64,000 nt of DNA from a bacterium. GTDB taxonomy: Bacteria; J088; JAWLBW01. A program made the position numbers and the translations under genes. The notes beneath the pieces were generated by a model. The model was given only the letters and a program-made list of their open reading frames with translations. It was not told the origin of the DNA and did not search any database. The stretch is from positions 186,001 through 250,000 of the forward strand of contig JAWLHK010000004.1 of assembly GCA_041690355.1 (NCBI GenBank), given 5' to 3'. Shown here piece by piece: positions 10,248 through 19,492 of the stretch. The stretch's first letter is position 1, and every line of letters starts with the position of its first letter.

Positions 10248-12556
10248 CCGGCTTTGCCGCCTGGCTGGCCCGCCGCTTCGGGCTCGATCCGGCCGCGTTC
10301 GACCGGTGGAATCTGCTGGCGGGCCGCTATCCCGATCCGCTGCTGGTCGCGGCCGTGCTCGCCTTTCTGGCCGCCTTCGTCTGGCTTTCGTGGAAGGCGT
10401 CGGCGGGCGTCGACGGCCGGTACCGCCGGGCGGGTCTGCTCGGGCTGCGCGTGATGGCCGCCGCGGTCGTCGCCCTGCTCGTCTTCGATCCGTCGGTCGA
10501 GTTTCTCAAGACGCGCCAGAAGCAGGAGGCCCTGGCCGTCGTGGCCGATACCTCTGCCTCGATGTCGCTCGCGCTGCGCGACGGGCGCACGCGAAGCCGC
10601 TGGGTCGCAGATTTTCTGGCCGACCGCGCCGAAGACATGGCCCGGATCGAAAAACGCTTTCGGGTCGGCTGGTTCGCCTTCGACAGCGCCGTGCGCGAAA
10701 CGACGGGTGCGCAGGTGGGAGCCGTTCTGCCCCGCGGGCCGCGCACGCTGATTGGCGAGTCGCTCGACGAGGTGCTGCGCCGCACGGCCGCCGAGCCGCC
10801 GGTGGGCGTTCTGCTGTTCACCGACGGGGCCGATCAGGGACGCCTGCAGCAGTCGCTGGATGCGGCCGGAAGCCTGTCTCTGGTTCCGCTCTACCCGGTG
10901 CTGCTGCCCGAAGAAGTTCCCGCCGATGCCGCGGTTGCCGAGATCAAGACCGATCCGTACGCGTTCATCCGCAATGCGCTGACGATACGGGCGCGCATCA
11001 CGCTGCACGGCATCGCCGCGAAGTCGGTCAACGTCACGCTGCGCCAGGACGGGCAGGTCATTGCGACCCAGAGCGTCGCCGTGCCCGCGGGTGCGCAGGA
11101 GGTCGAAGCGCAGTTCAAGACGACGCCGCAGCGCGTGGGCCGTTACGTCTATACGGTCGAAATTCCGCGTTTTCCCGAAGAGGCGGTTGCCGAGAACAAC
11201 CAGCGCCACGTGCTGGTCAAGGTCGTGCGCGACCGCGTCCGCGTCCTGCACGTCGTCGGAGAACCGAGCTGGGACGAGCGGTTTCTGCGCCGTTACCTCG
11301 AGAAGGATCCGAACGTCGACCTCATCAGTTTCATGATCCTGCGCACGGCCGAAGACGACAACACGACTCCCGAGTCGGAGCTGAGTCTGATCCCGTTTCC
11401 GACGCAGGAACTGTTCACCGAAGAGCTGAAATCGTTCGACCTCGTCATCTTTCAGAACTTCGACTACCGCCCCTACTTCCACATGTTCCCCGGTCAGCTC
11501 CTCGACAACCTGCGGCGTTTCGTCGAGGTCGACGGCGGCGGTTTCGTCATGATCGGCGGCGATCAGAGCTTCACCTCCGGCGGATATGCGGGCTCGCCGA
11601 TTGAATCGATTCTTCCCGTGCACCTGCCCGGCAGCCCGGCCGTGCTGGCCGAACCGTTCACGCCGGCGTTGACCGAATTCGGGATGCGTCACCCCGTGAC
11701 CAGTCTCGATCTGCCGCCTGGCGAAGCCGAGCGCGCCTGGCGATCGCTGCCGCCGCTCGTGGGCTCCAACGCCGTCGGCGCCGAGAAGGCGCGCGCCCTG
11801 ACACTGCTGCGCCACCCCACGGCGCGCGTAGGCAGCGGCTTCATGCCCGTGCTGAGCGTCATGGAGGCGGGCAAGGGGCGTTCGATGATGCTGACCTCCG
11901 ACGCCAGCTGGCTGTGGAATTTCGAGGCGGCCGGCGGCGGTCTGTCGACGTCTTTCTACCAGCGCCTGTGGAACAATGCCATCCGCTGGCTCGTGCACGA
12001 TCCGGAGTTCGGCCGCGTACGTCTGGAGAGCGACCGCGATACGTACGGCCCCGAAGAGCCGGTGCGGCTGCGCTGCACGGTGCTCGATGAGGAATACCGG
12101 CCGGCGGCAAAGGCCGAACCTTCGATCACGGTCACCCCGCGTCGCAAGGGCGCGCAACCGGCGACGGTGGCGGCACGAACGGCGGCGACGGGCGTGTTCA
12201 CGGCCGATTTCACCCCTGAGGCCGGCGGCATTTATGATGTCCAGTGCAGCGCGCGCATCGATGGCAAAAGCGCCGGCGAAGACGGGGCGGTCTTCATCGT
12301 CGACGCCCTGGGGCCCGAGCGGCGGGATACGGCCATCCACAACGATCTGCTGCGGGCCCTTGCCCAACGCTCCGGCGGGCGGGTCATCGAGAAGAACGAC
12401 GACCTGGTCGCCGCGCTCAAAGCCCGGGAAGCCGAGTCGTTCGAAGTCATCGGCAAGACGGTCGTGCGGCTCTGGGACAACGCGCCGCTGCTGCTGCTGC
12501 TGACGGTGCTGCTGAGCACCGAGTGGTTGCTGCGACGGCGGTGGGGTGGGATATAA
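10244..12556 (+). CDS. Membrane protein with VWA-like, Ig-like and glutamine-amidotransferase-like domains
   Basis: Two N-terminal TMs, DTSASM, ENN, VLHVVGEPSWDERFLRR, DLISFMILRT...ELSLIPFP, GGGFVMIGG, C-terminal EWLLRRRWG. Confidence 0.85.
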   Translation: MTGFAAWLARRFGLDPAAFDRWNLLAGRYPDPLLVAAVLAFLAAFVWLSWKASAGVDGRYRRAGLLGLRVMAAAVVALLVFDPSVEFLKTRQKQEALAVVADTSASMSLALRDGRTRSRWVADFLADRAEDMARIEKRFRVGWFAFDSAVRETTGAQVGAVLPRGPRTLIGESLDEVLRRTAAEPPVGVLLFTDGADQGRLQQSLDAAGSLSLVPLYPVLLPEEVPADAAVAEIKTDPYAFIRNALTIRARITLHGIAAKSVNVTLRQDGQVIATQSVAVPAGAQEVEAQFKTTPQRVGRYVYTVEIPRFPEEAVAENNQRHVLVKVVRDRVRVLHVVGEPSWDERFLRRYLEKDPNVDLISFMILRTAEDDNTTPESELSLIPFPTQELFTEELKSFDLVIFQNFDYRPYFHMFPGQLLDNLRRFVEVDGGGFVMIGGDQSFTSGGYAGSPIESILPVHLPGSPAVLAEPFTPALTEFGMRHPVTSLDLPPGEAERAWRSLPPLVGSNAVGAEKARALTLLRHPTARVGSGFMPVLSVMEAGKGRSMMLTSDASWLWNFEAAGGGLSTSFYQRLWNNAIRWLVHDPEFGRVRLESDRDTYGPEEPVRLRCTVLDEEYRPAAKAEPSITVTPRRKGAQPATVAARTAATGVFTADFTPEAGGIYDVQCSARIDGKSAGEDGAVFIVDALGPERRDTAIHNDLLRALAQRSGGRVIEKNDDLVAALKAREAESFEVIGKTVVRLWDNAPLLLLLTVLLSTEWLLRRRWGGI

Positions 12557-12590
12557 TGTCGCGTACCGCAGTGAATCAACGAGGGTTATT

Positions 12591-13157
12591 TTGGTTACCA
12601 TCGAATCGGCGCGACTGACGGTCAGCGACGCGGATCTGACACGCTTTCTGGCCCCGCGCCTCGCCCGGAAGGGGATCCGGAATCTGGGCCTCACGTTCGA
12701 GCCTGATCTCGTGCACGTTCAGGCCGACTATCCGCTGAACCGGTTCGGCTTCGGCGAGATCACCGCCAAGGCAACGGTGCGCCTGAGCCACTTCGACGCC
12801 GAAAAGCAGATTCTCGAATTCTCCATCTCCGACGTCGACCTGCACGATGCGAATCCGCACGGCGGCCTGCTCGGAAAAATGCTGGGCCACGCCGTCAAGG
12901 CGGCCAAGAAGGTGACCGGGGGCGAGGTCGTGAAGTTCGGCCTCGAGTTCCTGCGCGGGCGCGTGACCTTTCTCGACGTCGACGCACCCGGCCTGCGCAT
13001 CAAGCTCAAGGTACACACGCTGGCCGTGATTCTGCAGCCGTACGTGAAGAATCTGCGCCCCGATGCCCTCGAGATCAGGCAGGGAACATTGACGCTCATT
13101 CAGAGCGAGCACGGGCAGCTCCAGGCAGCTCCGCAGGCCTCAGAACAGCAGGCGTAG
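12591..13157 (+). CDS. Hypothetical protein (weak resemblance to LmeA/DUF2993-like lipid-binding fold)
   Basis: Coding-like composition; TTG start at 12591 with GAGGG 5 nt upstream (track start 12546 overlaps the previous gene). Fold guess is low confidence. Confidence 0.6.
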   Translation: MVTIESARLTVSDADLTRFLAPRLARKGIRNLGLTFEPDLVHVQADYPLNRFGFGEITAKATVRLSHFDAEKQILEFSISDVDLHDANPHGGLLGKMLGHAVKAAKKVTGGEVVKFGLEFLRGRVTFLDVDAPGLRIKLKVHTLAVILQPYVKNLRPDALEIRQGTLTLIQSEHGQLQAAPQASEQQA

Positions 13158-13694
13158 CGAACCGCGCTGGCGATCGACGACGGCGGCGGGCAGCCCCCCC
13201 TGCAGCAGAACGTCGCGCACCTCTGCGTCGCCGAGCCCTTCCCGCACCCCTTCGCGCTCGAGCAGCGCCACCCCGCGCAGGGCGACGCGATGCATCTCTG
13301 CGACCGCACGCACCCGCTGCAGCGGGCCGAGGCGCCACAGAACATCGGCCCCGATGAGATAGTCGAAGCTGCCGTCTGAGAAGTGGAGGCCGGGCAGGCG
13401 GCCGCGCTCGACGAGAATCTCGGAGAAGCCCGCGGTGCGCTCGGGCACCTTGACCGCCGCCCACTGGTAGGTCATCAGGCGGAACTTGCGGGGAAGGCCG
13501 CGCAGAGAGCGGGCGATGGCGCTCGCCACGCCGTCTTCGGGCGAGAGGTCGAGTATGGAGACCGGGTGAGCCGGACGCAGCTGCTCGATGCGGTCAAGCA
13601 GCACGGGAAGAAGCTGAGCTTCGACGCGCGACACCGTTTCATCGGCTTCCCGATCCGTCGGTTCCCACCCCTTGGTTGGCCGGTTGCGGAGCAT
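13140..13694 (-). CDS. Class I SAM-methyltransferase-like protein with degenerate motif I
   Basis: SILDLSPEDG in place of LD.G.G.G; LHFSDGSFDY and AVAEMHRVA..GV motifs of Methyltransf_11-like proteins; ATG at 13694. Confidence 0.6.
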   Translation of the reverse strand: MLRNRPTKGWEPTDREADETVSRVEAQLLPVLLDRIEQLRPAHPVSILDLSPEDGVASAIARSLRGLPRKFRLMTYQWAAVKVPERTAGFSEILVERGRLPGLHFSDGSFDYLIGADVLWRLGPLQRVRAVAEMHRVALRGVALLEREGVREGLGDAEVRDVLLQGGLPAAVVDRQRGSLRLLF

Positions 13695-13737
13695 GTTCCG
13701 CAACTATAGCATGGCGGCCTGCAGGCCGGAAGGTATG

Positions 13738-15465
13738 CTAACGGGCCAGGCGGAAGCGGAGTGCGTGCTCGCCGTCTTCTTCGACGACGATTTCCTGAAC
13801 CTGGGGCGCATACCCCGCAGCCTCGGCCCGCACACGGTAGCTGCCCGGATCGAGTTTGTACAGGGTTGAGCCTCCGCCGGCCGCCTTGACCGTCCGTTCG
13901 AGTTCGGGGCGCCCTTCGATCGTCAGCCGGGCATCGAGCGCCTCGCGGTTTTCGTTCATGACCTTGACGTCGACGAAGCCCGGCTTGGCCTTGCGCACGA
14001 GGGCCATGCGTTCGGCAGCCGTTTTCCCGGCCGCGACGGAAACCGATCGCTGTGCGGACTCGAAGCCTTCTTCGCGTACCTCGATCTCATGCCGGCCGAC
14101 CCCGACCTTTTCGATGCGCACCTTGCCCTGCGCATCGGTTTCGCCGGCGGCGGCGCCGTCCAGCGTCACCCGGGCGCCGGCGACCGGCCGCCCATCCGGA
14201 TCGACAACCTCGATCTCGACCGTCCCGTCGGTGGGGAGCGGCGCGAGTCGGACTTCGACGGAACTCATGGCGCCCGCGCGCACCTGCGCTTCGAGGGTCT
14301 CGGGGGTCATCCCGAGCGCCTCGACCTGAAGCCGCGCCGTCCCTTCGGCGAGGCCGGGAAAGAGAAAGCTGCCCTCGGATGTGGTCTTGAGCGTCGGGCC
14401 GTCGGGGAGAACGGTCACCGTGGCCTCGGCCAGCGGATCACCCGTGACCGCGTGGACGACCCGCCCCGTGAGCACACCGGCCGCAGCCGGATCGGACACG
14501 GCCGGCGCGGGTGCGGCGGGGGCATCGACGCGCGGGGGGGCATCGTCGTCGGATGCGGCGGCGGCAGCCTGGCCGAACGTCCACCCCAGCGAAGCCAGAA
14601 CGTCGTAATCGGGCTGCACGGGGATGCCCGCACCGGTGTCGGTCAGGGGCACGTTGGCCGCCAGAAGCACCTCGAGCGAGCCCCACGGCCGCACACGCAG
14701 ACCGGGGGTCACGCGAAGCGGACTTTCCGAGAATCCCGGGGCCGCGGCGCCGAGGGGCAGTTCGCCGCTCAGCTCCAGGTGATAGCTGACGACGCGCTGA
14801 TCATACTGCAGTCCCAGTCCGTAAACGAGCTGGGTGTAATCGTTCTGTCCCCACGCGAACCGCTCGAACTCGGTCGGCGCGCCCGTGGTGAAGTTCACGG
14901 TGCGATCGTAGAGGTAGCCGACATCGGTGTGCAGGGCGAACCGCCCCGGGCGCCAGGTCGAGACCCATTCGGCCGCGTAGCTCGCCGTGTCGCCGAATCC
15001 GCTCTCACCCTCGACGCCGGAATAAAGCAGCGCGCCGAGGCGGATGCCCGTCAACCAGGTATCGCTGACACGATAGCTTCCCTTCAGGTGCAATCCCAGG
15101 TCGCCGAAGGAATCGAGGGTGGCGGGTGAACCGAGCGAGTTGGTCACCGACGCGCCGCCCATGCGTCCGCCGATTTCGATGCCGTACGGCCGATCTGTGT
15201 CCATACGCAGGGGCGACCAGACGGCGCCGAACCCGTACCGCACGCGCGAGGCCGCGTCGCCGGGCTGGAGCAGCCCCCCCTGGTCGAACCAGGAGCCCCA
15301 GAGCGTGACCGCGGGATCCTCGGCGAGGCCGCCGCCGGGCACCAGGACGCCGCCGCTGCCGCTGCCGTTCCACAGCACGCTCTCTGCGGCGGCCGGCAAA
15401 GGAGCGAGCAGAAAAGCCGGGAGGAGCAGGACGGAGAACAGCCGGGTCAGCAAAGGGGAATTCAT
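13738..15465 (-). CDS. Exported protein: N-terminal putative outer-membrane beta-barrel plus three carboxypeptidase-regulatory-like/PEGA beta-sandwich domains
   Basis: Signal peptide; amphipathic beta-strand pattern ending LGWTFG; Ala/Pro linker; repeats GRVVHAVTGDPLAEATV / EVVDPDGRPVAGARV / GSYRVRAEAAGY. Confidence 0.7.
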   Translation of the reverse strand: MNSPLLTRLFSVLLLPAFLLAPLPAAAESVLWNGSGSGGVLVPGGGLAEDPAVTLWGSWFDQGGLLQPGDAASRVRYGFGAVWSPLRMDTDRPYGIEIGGRMGGASVTNSLGSPATLDSFGDLGLHLKGSYRVSDTWLTGIRLGALLYSGVEGESGFGDTASYAAEWVSTWRPGRFALHTDVGYLYDRTVNFTTGAPTEFERFAWGQNDYTQLVYGLGLQYDQRVVSYHLELSGELPLGAAAPGFSESPLRVTPGLRVRPWGSLEVLLAANVPLTDTGAGIPVQPDYDVLASLGWTFGQAAAAASDDDAPPRVDAPAAPAPAVSDPAAAGVLTGRVVHAVTGDPLAEATVTVLPDGPTLKTTSEGSFLFPGLAEGTARLQVEALGMTPETLEAQVRAGAMSSVEVRLAPLPTDGTVEIEVVDPDGRPVAGARVTLDGAAAGETDAQGKVRIEKVGVGRHEIEVREEGFESAQRSVSVAAGKTAAERMALVRKAKPGFVDVKVMNENREALDARLTIEGRPELERTVKAAGGGSTLYKLDPGSYRVRAEAAGYAPQVQEIVVEEDGEHALRFRLAR

Positions 15466-15520
15466 GGGGAGCGCTCCGGTAACCGGGCGCAGCAGGGCGT
15501 CGCGCGCCTGCCCGCCGGAC

Positions 15521-17101
15521 TTACTGCTTGAAGAAGACGGCGATCAGCTTGTCATCTTCAATTTCGAAGGTGTACTTCGGCGTGACGCCTTTGGTGATGA
15601 GAAACGTGAGCACCAGGTCGCCCCCTTCTTCGGTCATGCGCACGGTGCGCACGGGGCCGGTGCTCAGGAAGAGTTCGGGCTTGGCGTAAGTATTCTGCGC
15701 GCCGGGCACGCGCACGTAGACGCGGGTCGGCCCCTGCACGAGCGTGGCGTCCTGATAGGTCGGGCGCCGATTGAAGAGAAAGGCGAAGCGCGAGACCTCG
15801 GGCGCCGAGTGGGCCATGACGTCGTGCATCTTGCGCGGCACCACGACGACCTTCTTTCTGGGCGGCGGAGCCTGCGGCTGAACGTACTTCGTGACCATCT
15901 CGACCGAGCGCAGCTCGTTGGTCTCCGGCGAGAAGGTCACCCGGACGACGTCCTTGTCACCGAAGTCGTCGAATGCGGCCGCGCCCTTGAACTCGGTAGC
16001 CTCGACCGCCGTCAACTGCACGACGCCTTCTTCGCCGGCCTCGACCGTCAACCGCCGGTTCGCGCCGTCGACGGCCGTCAGGGTTCCCTGCAGCGTGCGT
16101 TCGCGAACGACGATCTTCTGCACGATGTTCTTGCCGTTGGCGCCGACCGCGTAGACCGATTCGACGACGTCGCCCGGCTTCAATTTGCCCAGCAGCGAGC
16201 GCATCTGATCGTTGACTTCGGTCGACAGCTCGACGAAGCTGCCGGCGAGGCGGTTGTCCTGCAGACGCAGAATGCCTTTGGTCTTGTCGACGAGCGAACC
16301 GATCGTGCCGGTTACGAGCCGCTCTTTCACGGTGACCTGGCGCGCATGATAGACGCCGTCGTCAAGCTTGAAGCGCAGGCCGATGCGGTCGCCCGGACGC
16401 AGCTCTTCGAGCCCCTTCACGCCAATCCACTCCGTCTCGGGGCCCACCTGCACTTCCCAGTCGCTCGAGCGCTGGTTGACGAGCCCCATGAGAAAGCGGC
16501 CCTCGATGGCCTTGACCTCCGAGACCCGACCGTCGCGGTACTCGACGCCCAGATTGGCGAGAATCCGGTCGCCGCCGAGCACGCCGTACCAGACGCCGAA
16601 ACCGGCGCCCGCAAGCACAAACAGCACAAGCAAGACCCACGGCCACTTGCGGCGCGCCGGGGGCTGGACGTGCATGACCGGGGGGGCGGCGACGACCTGG
16701 GGCACGACGACCCGCGGTGCCGCGGCGTGCTGCACGGCGGGGGCCGGCGGCGGAGGGGGCGGGGGCGGCGTGGGGCGCGGCGGCGGAGGCCCGCCCGCGC
16801 TCATGGATGCGCGCACGTGGGCCGAAAAGGCACGCTCGCTCTCCGGATCGAGCACGATGTTGCGGACGAGGATACCCTTCTTGCCGCTGCGCGCTTCTTC
16901 TTCCTTGTCAATCCAGACGATGTCGCCGGTGGCGGTGAACTGCCCGGTGCTGCCGTCCTTGAAGCGGACGATGAGCCCCACGCGGTCGCCGATATCGGCC
17001 GGTTTGTCGGTTTTCAGGAACACGCCGTTGGTCGTCAGCTTTTCGGGGAACTCCCGGACAAAGACGGCCACCGACTCATATTGGAGAGCGAATCTTAACA
17101 T
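15521..17101 (-). CDS. Degenerate PilZ (TIGR02266-like), Pro-rich linker, TM, DUF5666-like repeats and AMIN-like domain protein
   Basis: N-terminal GVFLKTDKP..IGDRVGL...TATGDIVW; poly-Pro; TM WPWVLLVLFVLAGAGFGVWY; repeats L.PGD.V/I; C-terminal GPTRVYVRVP...VRTVRM. Confidence 0.7.
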   Translation of the reverse strand: MLRFALQYESVAVFVREFPEKLTTNGVFLKTDKPADIGDRVGLIVRFKDGSTGQFTATGDIVWIDKEEEARSGKKGILVRNIVLDPESERAFSAHVRASMSAGGPPPPRPTPPPPPPPPAPAVQHAAAPRVVVPQVVAAPPVMHVQPPARRKWPWVLLVLFVLAGAGFGVWYGVLGGDRILANLGVEYRDGRVSEVKAIEGRFLMGLVNQRSSDWEVQVGPETEWIGVKGLEELRPGDRIGLRFKLDDGVYHARQVTVKERLVTGTIGSLVDKTKGILRLQDNRLAGSFVELSTEVNDQMRSLLGKLKPGDVVESVYAVGANGKNIVQKIVVRERTLQGTLTAVDGANRRLTVEAGEEGVVQLTAVEATEFKGAAAFDDFGDKDVVRVTFSPETNELRSVEMVTKYVQPQAPPPRKKVVVVPRKMHDVMAHSAPEVSRFAFLFNRRPTYQDATLVQGPTRVYVRVPGAQNTYAKPELFLSTGPVRTVRMTEEGGDLVLTFLITKGVTPKYTFEIEDDKLIAVFFKQ

Positions 17102-17127
17102 CTTGGAACAATTGAGAAAACGGGCTT

Positions 17128-17156
17128 AATCTATCAAGGACGGCAGCGCTTGTCAA
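17128..17156 (-). promoter_or_regulatory. sigma70-type promoter for the PilZ-like gene
   Basis: Minus strand TTGACA (17156-17151), 17 nt, TAGATT (17133-17128) with extended TG. Confidence 0.7.
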
Positions 17157-17164
17157 CCATACGG

Positions 17165-17650
17165 TTACCTGCCGCCGTCGCGGATGCGCTCGACGACACG
17201 GGTCGTGGCGCGGCCGGGCACCAGGTCGATGAGCACCACCCGGCCCCCGTACGAGCGCACGAAGGGAGCGCCCACGACGGTTTCTTCCACGTAATCGCCC
17301 CCTTTGACGAGCACGTCGGGCCGCAGGCGTTCGATCAGGGCCGCAGGGGTGTCTTCGGCAAAGAGGACGACCCCGTCGACGGCGCGCAGCCCGGCCAGGA
17401 CATAGGCGCGGTCGGCCTCGGGGTTCACGGGACGTTCGGGTCCCTTCAGCCGGCGGACCGAACCGTCGTCGTTCAACCCGACGACGAGGCGATCGCCCTC
17501 GGCCCTGGCCTGCTCGAGCAGACGCACGTGGCCGGCGTGCAGGATATCGAAGCAGCCGTTCGTGAAGACGATGCGCTCTCCGGCGGCGCGCCACGTGCGG
17601 CAGTTCTCTCCCGCCTCGTTCCAGGTCCATGCGCGCGCGGGCAGGCTCAC
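17165..17650 (-). CDS. rfaE2: D-glycero-beta-D-manno-heptose 1-phosphate adenylyltransferase
   Basis: [49 protein letters not shown] overlap with upstream gene. Confidence 0.93.
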   Translation of the reverse strand: MSLPARAWTWNEAGENCRTWRAAGERIVFTNGCFDILHAGHVRLLEQARAEGDRLVVGLNDDGSVRRLKGPERPVNPEADRAYVLAGLRAVDGVVLFAEDTPAALIERLRPDVLVKGGDYVEETVVGAPFVRSYGGRVVLIDLVPGRATTRVVERIRDGGR

Positions 17651-18990
17651 GGAAACTCGGGGTCGACGACGTAGTCGAAATAGAGGCGCCGGCTCCAGTA
17701 CTCACGGTAGGCCACGGCGGGCACGGGGCGGGGCGTCGTGGCGGTCAGGGCGATCTTGACGTACCAGCCCGACGAGTCGAGCGTGGCCGCGAATTCGCGC
17801 TGCCAGGTTCCGTCGCGGCGCAGGCGGGCGATCTTGGCGGCGCCGTTCGAGGCGTCGAGATAGGCGATGTAGGGAAGCCGGTTGGCATCGAGGACGAGCG
17901 ACGTGAACGTGCCCGCCTTGCCCCGGTCGACCGTCTCGAGCGTCCAGGACGAGCCGTCGTAATGCCCGTACCGCAGGCTGTCTTCGGTGCGGTTGTAATA
18001 GGAGACGTGCAGATTGCCGAGGTCGTCGGCGGCGATGGACGAAAACTCGCCGACATCCTTATAGTTCAGCTCGACGAGCGGATTGTCGTCGACGAAGACG
18101 ATCTGCCAGGTGTCGCTGTCGGGAAGATACTGCGCCACCTTGAGATCGCCGCTGTTCGCGTCCCGGTAGGAGATGACCGGCGCGCCGTCGGGAAGGAGCG
18201 CGATGCTGGTCTCCTTGAAGATCACGCCGCTGCCGTACGAGCGGCCTTCGACTTCGGAGAAGCCTGCATCCACGAGCACCGGGAGCGAGACGTCGTTGTT
18301 CTGCACATCCCACCGCAGGTAGTAGAGGTCGTAGCTGGTCACGTCCAGGTAGGCGATGTGAACGAGCGCCCGGGCTTCTCCTTCGACGTCGCGGTTGTCG
18401 ACCACCAGGCTGACGTACTGCCCGCGATCGACAGAGCCCTGGGTATCGATCGGATCCAGGTAGCGGGTCTTCCACTTGCCTTCGGCGTCGACGAAGGCGC
18501 CTTTCAGGCTGCGCTGCCCTCCGTGATAATAGGCGATGACCGGCTGCGCATTCTGGGCGTCGCCGACGAGGCCGACCGCGGTGAAGCGCCCGGCGTCGCC
18601 CGTGCGATCGACGTTCTCGACGATCCACTTGCCGGTCTGCGGGTGCAGGGTCGCGTAGCGAAGGTCGCCGTTGGTCGCCTCGTAGTAAGAAAGATGCGGG
18701 CGGTCGTCGGCCCCGAGCAACATCGAGAGTCCGATGCCGACATCGCCGCCGGCGTCGACCAGGTTGCCGACCGTAAGGGGCAGACCGGGTTCGTCAGACT
18801 GCGCTCCCGCGGGGCAGATGCCCCCCTCGAGCGGCGCGTCTCCCGTCGAGTCGCAGACGCAGACGCCGTCTTTGTCATGCTGACCCGCCGGGCAGTCGTC
18901 GGCGCCGCAGCCGGCGAGCGCGAAGAGGCCCAGCAGCAGAGCGGCGTTAAAACCCGCCCGACATCGCGAAGAAGGCGCTGAGTTTTTCAT
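17647..18990 (-). CDS. Lipoprotein with short Cys-rich segment and beta-propeller-type repeats
   Basis: Lipobox LAGC; repeats [16 protein letters not shown] / [16 protein letters not shown] / [16 protein letters not shown] and W..E.VD..G..G.F.S; GGGAG upstream of ATG. Confidence 0.8.
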   Translation of the reverse strand: MKNSAPSSRCRAGFNAALLLGLFALAGCGADDCPAGQHDKDGVCVCDSTGDAPLEGGICPAGAQSDEPGLPLTVGNLVDAGGDVGIGLSMLLGADDRPHLSYYEATNGDLRYATLHPQTGKWIVENVDRTGDAGRFTAVGLVGDAQNAQPVIAYYHGGQRSLKGAFVDAEGKWKTRYLDPIDTQGSVDRGQYVSLVVDNRDVEGEARALVHIAYLDVTSYDLYYLRWDVQNNDVSLPVLVDAGFSEVEGRSYGSGVIFKETSIALLPDGAPVISYRDANSGDLKVAQYLPDSDTWQIVFVDDNPLVELNYKDVGEFSSIAADDLGNLHVSYYNRTEDSLRYGHYDGSSWTLETVDRGKAGTFTSLVLDANRLPYIAYLDASNGAAKIARLRRDGTWQREFAATLDSSGWYVKIALTATTPRPVPAVAYREYWSRRLYFDYVVDPEFP

Positions 18991-19420
18991 TGGTCTCCCG
19001 CAGGCGGCTCGACAGCGTGCGAACGAACTGCCAGAGGATGGTGTGGGCGAGATCCTTGTTCAGAAAGAGCAGGCTCTCGAATTTGTCCTTCTTGATGGAG
19101 AGCAGGCGCGCCGCACCCTCGTGGGCGACGGCGTCGGCAGAGCGCTCGATGTCTTCGACCAGGGCCATCTCGCCGAAGAAATCGCCGGTCGCCAGAATGG
19201 CGAGCGCCTCTTTTCCGATCCCCTTGATGCTCTTCTGAATGCGCACGCGACCGTCGACGATGAGGTACATGCGATCGCCGGCATCCCCCTCCTTGACGAT
19301 GACGGCTTCGTTTTCGAAGCTCTCTTCTTCGCAGATGGTCAGGATCTGTTCAAGCTCCTTGCCCGTCAGATCGGAAAAGAGATAGACCTTCTTGAGCAGA
19401 TCGGTGGTGACGCCGGCCAT
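18947..19420 (-). CDS. Stand-alone cyclic-nucleotide-binding domain protein
   Basis: LFSDL, EGDAGDRMYLIVDGRV, GDFFGEMAL...RSADAVA phosphate-binding cassette; no HTH. Confidence 0.9.
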   Translation of the reverse strand: MAGVTTDLLKKVYLFSDLTGKELEQILTICEEESFENEAVIVKEGDAGDRMYLIVDGRVRIQKSIKGIGKEALAILATGDFFGEMALVEDIERSADAVAHEGAARLLSIKKDKFESLLFLNKDLAHTILWQFVRTLSSRLRETNEKLSAFFAMSGGF

Positions 19421-19446
19421 TCCTGCACCCCTTTCGTGGTGAGAGG

Positions 19447-19476
19447 ATCATAGCAGACGGCACGGGCAGGAGGCAA
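19447..19476 (-). promoter_or_regulatory. Putative sigma70 promoter for the cNMP-binding gene
   Basis: Minus strand TTGCCT, 18 nt, TATGAT with extended TG. Confidence 0.5.
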
Positions 19477-19492
19477 AAAGGACGCCGCCATT

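Noticed and set aside
16735-16800. G-rich low-complexity tract
   Set aside because: Explained by the poly-proline linker encoded on the minus strand.
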